DNA of 64,000 nucleotides from an uncultured Candidatus Saccharibacteria bacterium (GTDB taxonomy: Bacteria; Patescibacteriota; Saccharimonadia; Saccharimonadales; JBBQAJ01). A model generated the notes under the pieces. That model was not told the DNA's origin, did no database searches, and saw only the letters and a list, made by a program, of their open reading frames with translations. Where the stretch lies: assembly GCA_964593805.1 (NCBI GenBank), contig CAZQHP010000001.1:645283-709282 (forward strand), read 5' to 3'. Positions 55,168 to 64,000 of this stretch are shown piece after piece. Position 1 is the first letter of the stretch, and each line of letters begins with the position of its first letter. The position numbers and the translations under genes were made by a program.

Positions 55168-55859
55168 TGTTTTGGCGCCTCTTTGTTATAAGCGCCGTTG
55201 GCGCGGTCGCTGATAATTCGGCCGTCTTTTATGGTTATAACGCGCCGCTTGAGCTTGTTTACAATGTCTTGGTTATGGGTAGTCAGCAGGACGGTTGTGC
55301 CGTAACGGTTGATTTTTTCTAGTATTTTTATAATATCCCAGGCGTATTTAGGGTCTAGGTTGCCGGTGGGCTCGTCGGCAATCAAAATCTTTGGCTGGCG
55401 CACGATTGCCCGGGCAATCGCCACCCGCTGGCGTTCGCCGCCAGACAACTCCAACGGCATGCGCTTTTCCTTGCCTTTGAGCCCGACTATGTCCAGCACC
55501 CTGGGAACGGTGTGTTTTATTTCGTTATTACTGTTGCCTACAATTTCTAACGCAAAGGCTACGTTTTCAAACACATTTTTACCCTGCAAAAGTTTAAAAT
55601 CTTGGAAAACTACGCCGATTTTGCGCCTGAGCAATGGGATGTCTTTGTCTTTGAGCTTGTCGTAATCAATCCCGCCAATCACGATTTTGCCGCTGGTTTG
55701 GCGTTCTTCTCTGGTCAAAAGTTTTAAAAGCGTGCTTTTGCCTGCCCCGCTAACACCGATAATGATTACGAATTCTTTGGGCTCCACATGCAAACTGACG
55801 CGGTCAAGCGCCGTGGAATTGCGGTTATAAACTTTTGTTACCCTATCTAATAAAATCAT
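55164..55859 (-). CDS. ftsE: cell division ATP-binding protein FtsE
   Basis: Walker A GVSGAGKST, signature LSGGERQR, Walker B ILIADEPTGNLD. Confidence 0.93.
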   Translation of the reverse strand: MILLDRVTKVYNRNSTALDRVSLHVEPKEFVIIIGVSGAGKSTLLKLLTREERQTSGKIVIGGIDYDKLKDKDIPLLRRKIGVVFQDFKLLQGKNVFENVAFALEIVGNSNNEIKHTVPRVLDIVGLKGKEKRMPLELSGGERQRVAIARAIVRQPKILIADEPTGNLDPKYAWDIIKILEKINRYGTTVLLTTHNQDIVNKLKRRVITIKDGRIISDRANGAYNKEAPKQ

Positions 55860-55877
55860 GCTGGCTCATTAAGTATA

Positions 55878-55907
55878 CCAAAAGCGCCTTGCCTAAAGGC
55901 AAGGCGC
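55878..55907 (-). terminator. intrinsic terminator between the prfB unit and ftsE
   Basis: The - strand reads GCGCCTTGCC-ttta-GGCAAGGCGC followed by TTTTGG. A TATACT -10 for ftsE follows immediately. Confidence 0.6.
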
Positions 55908-55931
55908 TCATAGCTAAGATCTGTTGTCAGC

Positions 55932-56096
55932 TTATAGAGCTCCGTTACCAGCGTCTTCACCTTCAGCGGGGGCTGCTGGTGCGGCTGGATCTTCGGATGG
56001 CTCTGGCTCGGTTGGCGGCTCTACCGGCGGCATCGCCGGGTCAGTTGGTGGTGTTGGCACTACTGCTGGGTCGTCTTGTGGTGCTTGTGGATCCAT
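55932..56096 (-). CDS. small acidic proline-rich protein (54 aa; below the ORF-track threshold)
   Basis: Hand translation gives MDPQAPQDDPAVVPTPPTDPAMPPVEPPTEPEPSEDPAAPAAPAEGEDAGNGAL. GGAGA lies 5 nt upstream of the ATG, and a terminator follows. Confidence 0.4.
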   Translation of the reverse strand: MDPQAPQDDPAVVPTPPTDPAMPPVEPPTEPEPSEDPAAPAAPAEGEDAGNGAL

Positions 56097-56151
56097 AGTT
56101 TCTCCTATTCCTATTTATTTTGACGAACTATTTGTAATGCTAGCAATATAC

Positions 56152-57249
56152 TTATGCTTTGTCAAACTTACCGATAGTATGTTCTAAATAAGCGGTGATG
56201 AAATCGTCTAAATTGCCGTCTAGCACGGCTTCGGCTTCTGTGGTGACATGGTTGGTGCGCAGATCTTTGACTTGCTTGTAGGGATGTAGCACATAGCTGC
56301 GTATCTGATTGCCCCAGGCAGCTTGTTCGTTCGGGCCCTTTAGTTCGCGCAGGTCTTCGGCGTGCTGTTCAATCTGTAGTTGCGCTAATTTGGAACGCAT
56401 GATGGTCATGGCGGTTTCTTTGTTTTGCAACTGTGAACGTTCGTTCTGAATAGCTATGACAATGCCAGTTGGCAAGTGGGTTATACGAACGGCTGAGTCC
56501 GTGGTGTTTACTGATTGGCCGCCCTTGCCGCCGCTGCGATAAACGTCTATTTTCAAATCTTTTTCATCTATGTTTATGTCGTCTGGCTTATCAATTTTGG
56601 GCATTACTTCTACTTTGGCAAAACTGGTTTGGCGCAGATTATCGCTGTTGAACGGACTCAGCCGCACCAGCCGATGCACGCCGTGTTCTCCCTGCAATTT
56701 GCCGTAAGCAAATGGTCCGTCAATCTCAAATGTCACGCTTTTTATACCTGCTTCTTCCCCGTCAGACTGATCCACGGTAGTAACACCGAATTTTTGGGCT
56801 TCACAGTAGCGCACATACATGCGCAGCAGCATTTGCGCCCAGTCCTGAGCATCGGTGCCGCCAGCGCCAGCGTGAATGCTCAATATAGCCGCGTGGTCGT
56901 CAAATTGGCCGCTAAAAAGCAATTCTGTTTTTTGCATATCATACTGTTTTTGCACCTGCTCGAGCTGGTTGCGAAGATCCACCTCCAGAGAGGCATCATT
57001 CATTGCCAGCAATTCCTGGCTTTCTTTGACGGACTTTTCCAGATCACGCCATGGTTTTATGCGCATTTCTAGTACTGACTGTTCTTTCATTAGCGCTTGT
57101 GCCCGACTCTGGTTCTCCCAAAGTTTGGGGTCGCTGGTTTCGCGCTGAAGGCTAAGTAATTCCTGTTCTAAAGCATCTACTTTTAATCTTACTAAAGCAT
57201 CAGCAATAGCTGTAGCCAGTTGGTTCGCTTGTTTTATTAGGTCTTGCAT
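56152..57249 (-). CDS. prfB: peptide chain release factor 2 (uninterrupted ORF)
   Basis: SPF tripeptide and GGQ motif (SGGKGGQSVN). Confidence 0.93.
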   Translation of the reverse strand: MQDLIKQANQLATAIADALVRLKVDALEQELLSLQRETSDPKLWENQSRAQALMKEQSVLEMRIKPWRDLEKSVKESQELLAMNDASLEVDLRNQLEQVQKQYDMQKTELLFSGQFDDHAAILSIHAGAGGTDAQDWAQMLLRMYVRYCEAQKFGVTTVDQSDGEEAGIKSVTFEIDGPFAYGKLQGEHGVHRLVRLSPFNSDNLRQTSFAKVEVMPKIDKPDDINIDEKDLKIDVYRSGGKGGQSVNTTDSAVRITHLPTGIVIAIQNERSQLQNKETAMTIMRSKLAQLQIEQHAEDLRELKGPNEQAAWGNQIRSYVLHPYKQVKDLRTNHVTTEAEAVLDGNLDDFITAYLEHTIGKFDKA

Positions 57250-57265
57250 TGCTACTAGTATATAA

Positions 57266-58555
57266 CTACTTAACCCATAAGGAACGTAGCGTATCGATCA
57301 GCTGCTCGCGGAGTTCTTTGTTGGCGGTACCCAAAAAACCGGCCCCCCAGCGTGGACGAGCAAAAAATTCATTGGTGATATCTACAATTTGCTCCTTGGT
57401 AATCGCTTTTATGCGCTCCGGAACCAGATAATAATCTTCTACGAAGTCGTCAAAGAAATAACGCCCGCTATACCCCGCCGCCGTACCCGAAACGGTTTGG
57501 CCGCTGCGCTGGTAGCGTCCGAGCAGGTATTGCTGGGCGGCGGCAATGTCCGTCTGCGTTATCTCTCCGTTGCAGACTGCACGAATTTCTTTGGCAATGA
57601 TGGCAAAGAGCGCGGGCGCGTTGATGGCGGTGACCTGCGTGCCAAACCACCAGTTGGTTGCGCATTTAGTCTGCAAATAATTGGAGCTCATACTATATAC
57701 AAGTCCCTTTTCACGGGCTTCACCCAAAATCCGCGAGTGTAGGGTTTCCGTCAGCATGGTATTTACTAATCCCAAGGCGTCGGCTTCGTCCTCATTTAGC
57801 CGCCGATCAATAAATGTATCCAGGTAAAAGTGCATGTTTTCTACCGTACGGTTGGCGATATACAGCGGCTCTTTGAGCCCTTTGGGCCGTTCGTTGGGCA
57901 GGGCAATTCGCGCCCTACCCTTTGGTAAAGACAACGTTTCCAGCAGTTCGGTGATTAGTAGTTGGCGAGCGGCTGTCAGCTTGCCGGCTATTACAAAGCG
58001 CATATTCTGGGTAAAATGCGTTTTGGCGTAGTGCTCGCGGATATCTTCTACTGTGACATTTTTCATCTGCTTTACGCGTTCTTGGTCAGTTAAAACTTTG
58101 TAGCCGTACTGCTGCCGGAGCGCCAGGCTCAGATGGCGGAAGTGGTTGTTGGATCGGCCGGTCATTTCTTCACGCACGTTGCCGTATTCAGCTTTGAATT
58201 CATCATCTAGAAACAGCGGCTTGCTGATAGCTACCAGCAACAATTTGGCAATTCGTTCCCACTCAAAATCAGCGCATTCGGCTTCATAGGTTATGTCGTA
58301 ACTGCCGGTGCTGGCGTTGCAGTAGGCGCCGTTTTTTTCAAACTCCGCCTGAAAAGCGCGGGCCCTAGGAATCTGTTCGTTGGCGCCAAGCAAAAGATGC
58401 TCCATCAGGTGGGCGGTTTCCCATTTGTCTGGCGGGCACAGAAAGTCTCCCGCCCGGAAATTGATTTCCAGGCTCATAACGCTGGCGCCAGGCACGTGGA
58501 CAAATAGCCCTTTGGCGCCGTTTTTTAATGTGATTTCACTAGCTGTGTGGCGCAT
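57266..58555 (-). CDS. M16-family (pitrilysin/insulinase-like) peptidase
   Basis: Inverted zinc motif HLMEH. The start overlaps the secA stop (TAATG). Confidence 0.85.
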   Translation of the reverse strand: MRHTASEITLKNGAKGLFVHVPGASVMSLEINFRAGDFLCPPDKWETAHLMEHLLLGANEQIPRARAFQAEFEKNGAYCNASTGSYDITYEAECADFEWERIAKLLLVAISKPLFLDDEFKAEYGNVREEMTGRSNNHFRHLSLALRQQYGYKVLTDQERVKQMKNVTVEDIREHYAKTHFTQNMRFVIAGKLTAARQLLITELLETLSLPKGRARIALPNERPKGLKEPLYIANRTVENMHFYLDTFIDRRLNEDEADALGLVNTMLTETLHSRILGEAREKGLVYSMSSNYLQTKCATNWWFGTQVTAINAPALFAIIAKEIRAVCNGEITQTDIAAAQQYLLGRYQRSGQTVSGTAAGYSGRYFFDDFVEDYYLVPERIKAITKEQIVDITNEFFARPRWGAGFLGTANKELREQLIDTLRSLWVK

Positions 58556-61155
58556 TATTTGCGTTTCTTGTGTTTGGCTTTGGCTTTTCGCTGGCGCTCT
58601 TGCTTGCGGGCCTTCTTTATCTTGTCTTTGTCGCGGCTTTTGGCCGCTGAAGCCACTTTTAGCGGTACGAAATCAGTTTCTTCAAACTCGTCGGCCTCCA
58701 CGATTTGATTGGCGTTGTCTATAGAACGACGAGCCGCTCTAGTAAGCTCTGTTTCTACTGGCCGATCGCTGTCTATAGGCTCAGCGCTAAATAGCGCCCG
58801 CACCACTTCGCGGCGTAGTTGGGCCTGCATTTCCTCAAACATGTGCTGTCCCTGGCGGCGATATTCCACCAGCGGATCGCGCTGGCCGACGCTAATCCAG
58901 TGAATTCCCTCGCGCATATGGTCCATGTTTTCCAAATGCTGCATCCATAAGTTATCCAAAATTTGCAAGTAAATGTCGCGCTCCACTTTGCGCATAACTT
59001 CCGGGGTAAAGGCAGTTTCGCGGCTTACATAAAGCTCCAACGCTTCGCTCTGTAGCAATTTGCCAAACTGGCTGGCTTCCGAATCAAATAGGCGGTCTAA
59101 CGTTGCGTCGTCAAACGGAAAACTTTCCGCTATCAGAGATTCGTACTGGTCAGATAACAGCATTGGTGAAGCTGCCAGGGTTTTGGCTTCATCCTCTATA
59201 AACGCCTTTATTCGTTTTTTGATATCGGCCTGCATCAGAATTTCGCGGCGCATGGCATAGGTTGCCTTGCGGTGGCGGTTCATCACGTCGTCATATTGAA
59301 CCACGTTTTTACGAGTATCAAAGTTGTAGCCTTCCACCTTTTTTTGAGCGCCTTCCAGGCTTTTGCTAATGACGCGGTTTTCAATCGGCGTTTCGTCGTC
59401 CACGCCCAGCCGGTCCATAATAGAACCAATGCGCTCGCCGCCAAAAATGCGCATCAGGTCGTCTTCTGTGCTCACGAAAAACTGCGTGACGCCGGGGTCG
59501 CCCTGGCGGCCAGACCGGCCGCGGAGCTGGTTATCAATGCGGCGGGACTCATGGCGTTCGCTTCCCAGTACAAACAGTCCGCCCAATTTTTTGACGTCTT
59601 CGTCCAGCACAATGTCCGTGCCGCGCCCGGCAATGTTGGTGGCTAGCGTCACCGCGCCCCTCTGCCCGGCTTTGGCCACAATAGCGGCTTCTCTTTCATT
59701 GTTTTTGGCATTCAACATCTGGTGCGGTACTTTGGCCTTTGTCAGCAAGCCGCTCAGAACTTCATTCTTTTCAATCGAAACCGTACCCAGCAAAACCGGC
59801 TGGCCCTTGCGGTGCAGCGCGGCGATTTCCCGCACTATGGCTTTGAACTTGCCGGCTTCGGTGCGGTATATACGGTCCGTTTTGTCGTCGCGGATCAGTT
59901 TGCGGTTAGACGGAACTTGTACTACGTCTAGCTTGTAGACCTGGTGGAATTCTTCGCTTTCGGTTTCAGCCGTACCGGTCATACCAGCCAGTTTGTCATA
60001 CAGGCGGAAATAGTTCTGGAAAGAAATAGTTGCCAGCGTCATGGACTCTTCCTGGACCTCTACGCCTTCTTTGGCCTCAATTGCCTGGTGCAAACCTTCG
60101 TTGTAGCGGCGGCCTTTGAGCAAGCGGCCCGTGAAATCATCCACAATCACAACCTCGCCGTCTGACGTTACGACGTAATCTTTATCACGGTGAAACAAGG
60201 CCTGGGCCTTTAGGGCCTGCTCTAAGTGATAAATTGTTCGGATGTTGTCCGTGCCGTACAAGCTGGTGATGCCCAGGATTTTTTCTACGTGTTCAACACC
60301 TCCGTTAGTGAGCACCACGGCTTTGCGTTTTTCGTCAGTTTCGTAATCTTCGTCTTTTTTAAGCTGGCGTGTGACTTTAGCAAACTGGGCGTAAGCGGTG
60401 CCGCTGGTAACACTTGGGGCGGAGATGATAAGTGGCGTGCGGGCTTCGTCTATCAATATAGAGTCTACTTCATCCACAATTGCATAGTGCAATTCGCGCT
60501 GGCGCAGCTGGTCAGTTTCGCGGACCATGTTGTCGCGCAGATAGTCAAAGCCAAATTCATTGTTTGTCCCGTACGTGATATCCGCGCCGTACGCTTCCTG
60601 GCGCGTGCAAGGTTTCAGGTGCCACAAGCGCGGATCGTCATGGCTTTTGTCTTCAAATTTCGGGTCATATATATAAGATTCTTCGGCGATGATAACGCCT
60701 GTGGTCAAACCCAAGAAACTATAGATTTGGCCCATCCAGCCAGCGTCGCGCCGCGCCAAATAATCGTTCACTGTCACTACGTGCACGCCCTTGCCCGTTA
60801 GTCCGTTCAAATAGACAGCCAGGGTTGCCACTAAAGTCTTGCCCTCGCCCGTTTTCATTTCGGCAACCTTGCCTTCGTGCAAAACCATGCCGCCAATCAG
60901 CTGGACATCAAAGTGCCGCTGGCCCAGCGTACGGCGGGCGGCTTCGCGCGCCACGGCAAATGCGTCGGGTAAAATTTTGTCCAAACTTTCTTTTTCTAAA
61001 CGCTCTTTCAGCTTAGCGGTCTGCTCTTTGAGCTGTTTGTCCGGCATTTTTTTATACTTTGGCTCCAACGCATTGACGTCATGAACTCGCCGCCGCATGC
61101 GCCGCAGGGTTTTAGCTTGCGGGTCACCTAGAACTTTCTTAAATACTTTATTCAC
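58555..61155 (-). CDS. secA: preprotein translocase ATPase SecA
   Basis: DEAD-like motor (MKTGEGKTL, DEVDS), PPXD, HSD/HWD, basic C-terminus. GTG start with GGGAG Shine-Dalgarno and TACAAT -10. Confidence 0.95.
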   Translation of the reverse strand: MNKVFKKVLGDPQAKTLRRMRRRVHDVNALEPKYKKMPDKQLKEQTAKLKERLEKESLDKILPDAFAVAREAARRTLGQRHFDVQLIGGMVLHEGKVAEMKTGEGKTLVATLAVYLNGLTGKGVHVVTVNDYLARRDAGWMGQIYSFLGLTTGVIIAEESYIYDPKFEDKSHDDPRLWHLKPCTRQEAYGADITYGTNNEFGFDYLRDNMVRETDQLRQRELHYAIVDEVDSILIDEARTPLIISAPSVTSGTAYAQFAKVTRQLKKDEDYETDEKRKAVVLTNGGVEHVEKILGITSLYGTDNIRTIYHLEQALKAQALFHRDKDYVVTSDGEVVIVDDFTGRLLKGRRYNEGLHQAIEAKEGVEVQEESMTLATISFQNYFRLYDKLAGMTGTAETESEEFHQVYKLDVVQVPSNRKLIRDDKTDRIYRTEAGKFKAIVREIAALHRKGQPVLLGTVSIEKNEVLSGLLTKAKVPHQMLNAKNNEREAAIVAKAGQRGAVTLATNIAGRGTDIVLDEDVKKLGGLFVLGSERHESRRIDNQLRGRSGRQGDPGVTQFFVSTEDDLMRIFGGERIGSIMDRLGVDDETPIENRVISKSLEGAQKKVEGYNFDTRKNVVQYDDVMNRHRKATYAMRREILMQADIKKRIKAFIEDEAKTLAASPMLLSDQYESLIAESFPFDDATLDRLFDSEASQFGKLLQSEALELYVSRETAFTPEVMRKVERDIYLQILDNLWMQHLENMDHMREGIHWISVGQRDPLVEYRRQGQHMFEEMQAQLRREVVRALFSAEPIDSDRPVETELTRAARRSIDNANQIVEADEFEETDFVPLKVASAAKSRDKDKIKKARKQERQRKAKAKHKKRK

Positions 61156-61251
61156 TAAAAGCTAACTCCCTCTGATACATGGTCAATCAACAATGCTAGA
61201 TATTGTACCCCATCAGAGGTGCTTCACGCCAGGTAATTTTCCCAACAACTG

Positions 61252-61673
61252 CTCCTTTCTTTTCTGGTCAGCAGAAAAGAAACAAAAGAACTGACGGATG
61301 ACATCAAAACACTATTGTCTCCAGAACCAGCACCTGCCCGCGCCGACAGAATAGCGCGTTCCAGTACTTCAGATTTCTCACCGTATGCTGTCGGCTCGAC
61401 TCGGTCAGGAACTGACTGGAGACATCGGTTTTGCTGAATCCGACCAACCGCCATGGTCTGAAGTATTTGTATACAAGTGCTGTGCACTTGACCGTGGAGG
61501 TTAGCCAGGCTCTGGAAGTTCCTGAGGAACGGAATGTCAAAACGACCTTTAGAGCGAGGAGTCCGCCGCGGCGGATGACGAGCATGGTCATTTTGACAAT
61601 GGAGTTCTTCAAGAACTGGAAGTGGCTGTCGCTCTTTTTGCATACTTTTTCTTCGACAAGAAAAAGTATGGCG
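61252..61673. ncRNA. repeated structured intergenic element, copy B (candidate novel ncRNA; strand unresolved)
   Basis: Collinear with 44190-44628. Hairpins at 61256-61282 and 61641-61670; closing helix AGAGCGA (61551) / TCGCTCT (61629). Confidence 0.5.
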
Positions 61674-61725
61674 GGAAATCCGCCATGGCGGATGCCGAAA
61701 CTGTTTTGAACAATAAAATGTCTGG

Positions 61726-62094
61726 TTATGCGTCGTGTTTGGTACGGCGCAGCTTGCTGATTAGGCGGTGACGCAACTGCGGGCTGCCATGTTTCATTTT
61801 GTATTTTTTGATCTGGTTTTTAAGCTTGGCTTCTACAATGTCGACCGCGGCGTACATGTTTATGGTTGCTTCCTTGGTTGTTAGTTTGTCGTGCGGCAAA
61901 TGCAGCACAACTTCACAAACGTTTTCTTTTTTGGCTTTAATTTTCACTTCTTTTAAGAAAACTTCCAGATGCGCTGACCGACGGGCGTGTTTAGGGATGT
62001 ATTTATCAAGTTTTCCGAGTTTTTTGGTTACATACGCCTTCAGTTTGCTGTCAACATCAAAATGAACTCCGTTAATCTCAAGCTTATTTATCAT
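61726..62094 (-). CDS. hpf: ribosome hibernation promoting factor (short HPF/RaiA type)
   Basis: S30AE fold pattern (VTKKLGKLDKY ... LEVFLKE ... DMYAAVD-like). Confidence 0.88.
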   Translation of the reverse strand: MINKLEINGVHFDVDSKLKAYVTKKLGKLDKYIPKHARRSAHLEVFLKEVKIKAKKENVCEVVLHLPHDKLTTKEATINMYAAVDIVEAKLKNQIKKYKMKHGSPQLRHRLISKLRRTKHDA

Positions 62095-63335
62095 ATGACG
62101 CTTCTTCCTCCCATATATTGCTGTAAAACTTCTGGAACTTTTAGTTTTTCATCTGCAGTTTGATAATGCTCAAGGATTGCCACTAAAGAGCGCGCCGAAG
62201 CTACGGCCGTTCCGTTTAAAGTATGTACTATTTCGACTTTGCCGCTGCCTCGCCGTACGCGGATATTCAGGTTGCGAGCCTGGTAGTCCGTGCAGTTTGA
62301 ACAACTTGTCAATTCACGGTACACGCCATCGGCCTTGGACCAATACTCAATATCGTATTTTTTTGCTGGGGGGGCGCCTAGGTCTCCTGAGGCAACATTA
62401 ATTATTCGATATGGGATGTTGATTGCCTGCCAGATTTCCTCTTCAATCCCAAGAATCTGCTCGTGCATTTCCTGGCTTTTTTCTGGCAACGCATAGGCGT
62501 ACAATTCCAGTTTGTTAAACTGGTGGACACGGAACAGCCCGTGGTCATGCTTGCCGTAGGTGCCGGCCTCTTTACGGTAGCAAGGACTCAGACCAGCGTA
62601 CAGCAGAGGCAAGTGAGCTTCATCAATAATTTCATCGGCATGGTAGCCGGTGAGCGGTATTTCTGCTGTGGCGATTAGCGACAAATCTTCGCCCTCCACA
62701 AAATATTCATCGCTTTGCTCGCTAGACCTAGGCGCGAAACCGCTGCCCATTGCTACTCGTGAATTCACCATATGCGGTACCGTTATGAAATTGAAACCTT
62801 TTTTAACTACCATATCCAGCGCGAACTGCGTGAGGGCGTTTTCCAGCAATGCCAGGTCTCCTTTGAGGTAGTAAAATTTGGTGCCGGCTACTTTTGCTCC
62901 ACGCTCAAAATCTATCCAACCCCGTTTTGTAGCAAAGTCCAGATGGTCTTTGGCCCCCGTGGGCTTATCTCCAAAGTGGCGTATTTCTGCGCTTAATTCT
63001 TCTCCACCGACCGGCACGTCATCGAAATGAACGTTTGGAACGCCTTGTATAAGTGTTTCATAGGTTTTTGACACTGGGTCCAGCAAAGCTTCTGCTTGCG
63101 CTATCTGTTCTTTGGCTTCGCGGCCGCGTTTTATTTGTTCCGTGGACGGGTTGCCGCCCTTCAGGGCATCAGAAATTTGATTGCGCTCCGCCCGCAGGGC
63201 TTCGATCTTGCCCATCAGTTCGCGGCGCGATTCGTCGAGCTTTAACAGCGCCGGTATGTCGGTTTTGTAGCCTTTTTGTTTGGATTTTTCCTGGACCAGT
63301 TTGGCATTGTCCCGAATAAACTGAATATCTAACAT
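62091..63335 (-). CDS. serS: serine-tRNA ligase
   Basis: N-terminal coiled-coil arm and class II core (FRVHQFNKLE, TLNGTAVA). Confidence 0.95.
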   Translation of the reverse strand: MLDIQFIRDNAKLVQEKSKQKGYKTDIPALLKLDESRRELMGKIEALRAERNQISDALKGGNPSTEQIKRGREAKEQIAQAEALLDPVSKTYETLIQGVPNVHFDDVPVGGEELSAEIRHFGDKPTGAKDHLDFATKRGWIDFERGAKVAGTKFYYLKGDLALLENALTQFALDMVVKKGFNFITVPHMVNSRVAMGSGFAPRSSEQSDEYFVEGEDLSLIATAEIPLTGYHADEIIDEAHLPLLYAGLSPCYRKEAGTYGKHDHGLFRVHQFNKLELYAYALPEKSQEMHEQILGIEEEIWQAINIPYRIINVASGDLGAPPAKKYDIEYWSKADGVYRELTSCSNCTDYQARNLNIRVRRGSGKVEIVHTLNGTAVASARSLVAILEHYQTADEKLKVPEVLQQYMGGRSVI

Positions 63336-63348
63336 ATACCTATTATAT

Positions 63349-64000
63349 CTATTTCTTCTTGGTTTGCAGAGCTTTTACAGTTAATTCGGTGCGCTGTCGG
63401 GCATAAGTGCAGAAATCGCAGTCGCCGCCCATGGCTGCCGTGCCCACGGCTGGCATATCGCCTTCCATAGTTTCTTTCATCTTGGTAAGTGTAGGCTCAA
63501 CCCACGCATCATCTCCGGTATAAGGAATAACCTTGGTCACAAACTCCACGCGGTCATGAAAGCCGTCCAAATCCACGCGGGCGTTGGTGTAAACAAAATA
63601 ACCTGTGTCACTAACTTCAAAGCCGTTGGCGCGCAGCAGCCACTGGTACACTTCCATTTGGCGCTTGTAGCTAATCTGCCAGTCGGAATCAATGTTTATT
63701 TCCGATGCTTTAGACGTGGCCTTGTAATCCACCACAATCAACTCGCCCGCATCATTGACCCAAATGTCGTCAACCGCGCCAAAAACGTGTAGATTGGTAG
63801 GTTCATGCAGCGTGGACACGCCGGTAAAATTGGCCCGCCATTTATCCAGCTCATCGTGGGCAAATGGGATGGCTTTGATCTGATTGTCGGTCATCATGGG
63901 GTGCGGTTCGCCCTTCAAGCGGTAGGCGTCAAATTCCTTTTTGAACAGTTCGTCAATTGTTTTGTTAATGTTAAACGGCGGCCCGTTTGGGCGCTTGATT
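63349..64000 (-). CDS. PD-(D/E)XK-family nuclease-like protein, N-terminus beyond window
   Basis: The frame stays open to nt 64000. It has a D...VVDYK core, a YQW helix and a C-terminal CDFC pair. Confidence 0.55.
   Translation of the reverse strand, partial: IKRPNGPPFNINKTIDELFKKEFDAYRLKGEPHPMMTDNQIKAIPFAHDELDKWRANFTGVSTLHEPTNLHVFGAVDDIWVNDAGELIVVDYKATSKASEINIDSDWQISYKRQMEVYQWLLRANGFEVSDTGYFVYTNARVDLDGFHDRVEFVTKVIPYTGDDAWVEPTLTKMKETMEGDMPAVGTAAMGGDCDFCTYARQRTELTVKALQTKKK

Noticed and set aside
55835-56187. Two 87-aa + ORFs rich in Gly, Ser and Ala.
   Set aside because: They are mirror frames of the GC-rich Pro-codon run on the - strand. They have no ribosome-binding site and run across the ftsE promoter and terminator.
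56152-57249. I looked for the programmed +1 frameshift typical of prfB.
   Set aside because: The RF2 ORF is continuous from its N-terminus (365 aa) with SPF and GGQ motifs. There is no in-frame TGA or CTT-TGA site near codon 25, so no frameshift is needed here.
61224-61643. 139-aa and 102-aa - ORFs in the hpf-secA spacer, and the 66-aa - ORF at 44367..44567.
   Set aside because: The two homologous DNA copies differ by frame-breaking indels and show no synonymous-site bias, so the similarity is at the nucleotide/RNA level and not protein.
1-64000. I searched for CRISPR arrays, rRNA genes, IS elements, integrases, prophage genes and alternative genetic-code signals.
   Set aside because: I saw no regularly spaced direct repeats with unique spacers, no rRNA-like segments and no transposase or integrase motifs. 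Conserved genes end at ordinary TAA/TAG/TGA stops and have no in-frame stops (the frameshifted DUF167 gene is the one exception).

Overview
64 kb of a compact, gene-dense bacterial chromosome using the standard genetic code. Divergent housekeeping proteins and a stand-alone sigma-region-4/HARE-HTH protein suggest a small-genome Patescibacteria/CPR (Saccharibacteria-like) lineage; this is inference only. Genes run mainly on + from 1 to 17.3 kb (purL, a histidine kinase/response regulator pair, rluB, folP, der, pth, dprA, topA). They run mainly on - from 17.9 kb onward: a reduced dcw cluster (mraZ-rsmH-ftsL-ftsI-mraY-ftsW-murG-ftsQ), then an accessory block of hydrolases and transporters, then glyQS, recO, xseAB, pyrG, ctpA, a PcsB-like CHAP protein with ftsXE, prfB, secA, hpf and serS. 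One tRNA-Glu is present. I recognised no rRNA, CRISPR array, transposase or integrase. The most interesting signals are non-coding or small. (1) A ~420-450 nt intergenic element occurs in two diverged copies (44.19-44.63 kb and 61.25-61.67 kb) and keeps its hairpins while the sequence changes, so it is a candidate undescribed structured RNA family, with weaker related modules at 33.65 and 11.5 kb. (2) A WhiB-like Fe-S protein is translationally coupled to a sigma-region-4-only protein. (3) A 614-bp gene-free convergence zone at the strand switch carries a dif-like 11-6-11 site. (4) Perfect TTATCCACA boxes occur only in intergenic DNA, and GTGGG direct repeats lie upstream of mraZ. (5) Heptamer and 14-mer tandem repeats sit at gene junctions. 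(6) A cluster encodes an atypical kinase-fold protein and small proline-rich proteins driven by near-identical promoters. (7) Many promoters lie so close to the start codon that the mRNAs must be leaderless. I also found a frameshifted DUF167 gene, an rsmH lacking a canonical start codon, and two small ORFs below the track threshold.
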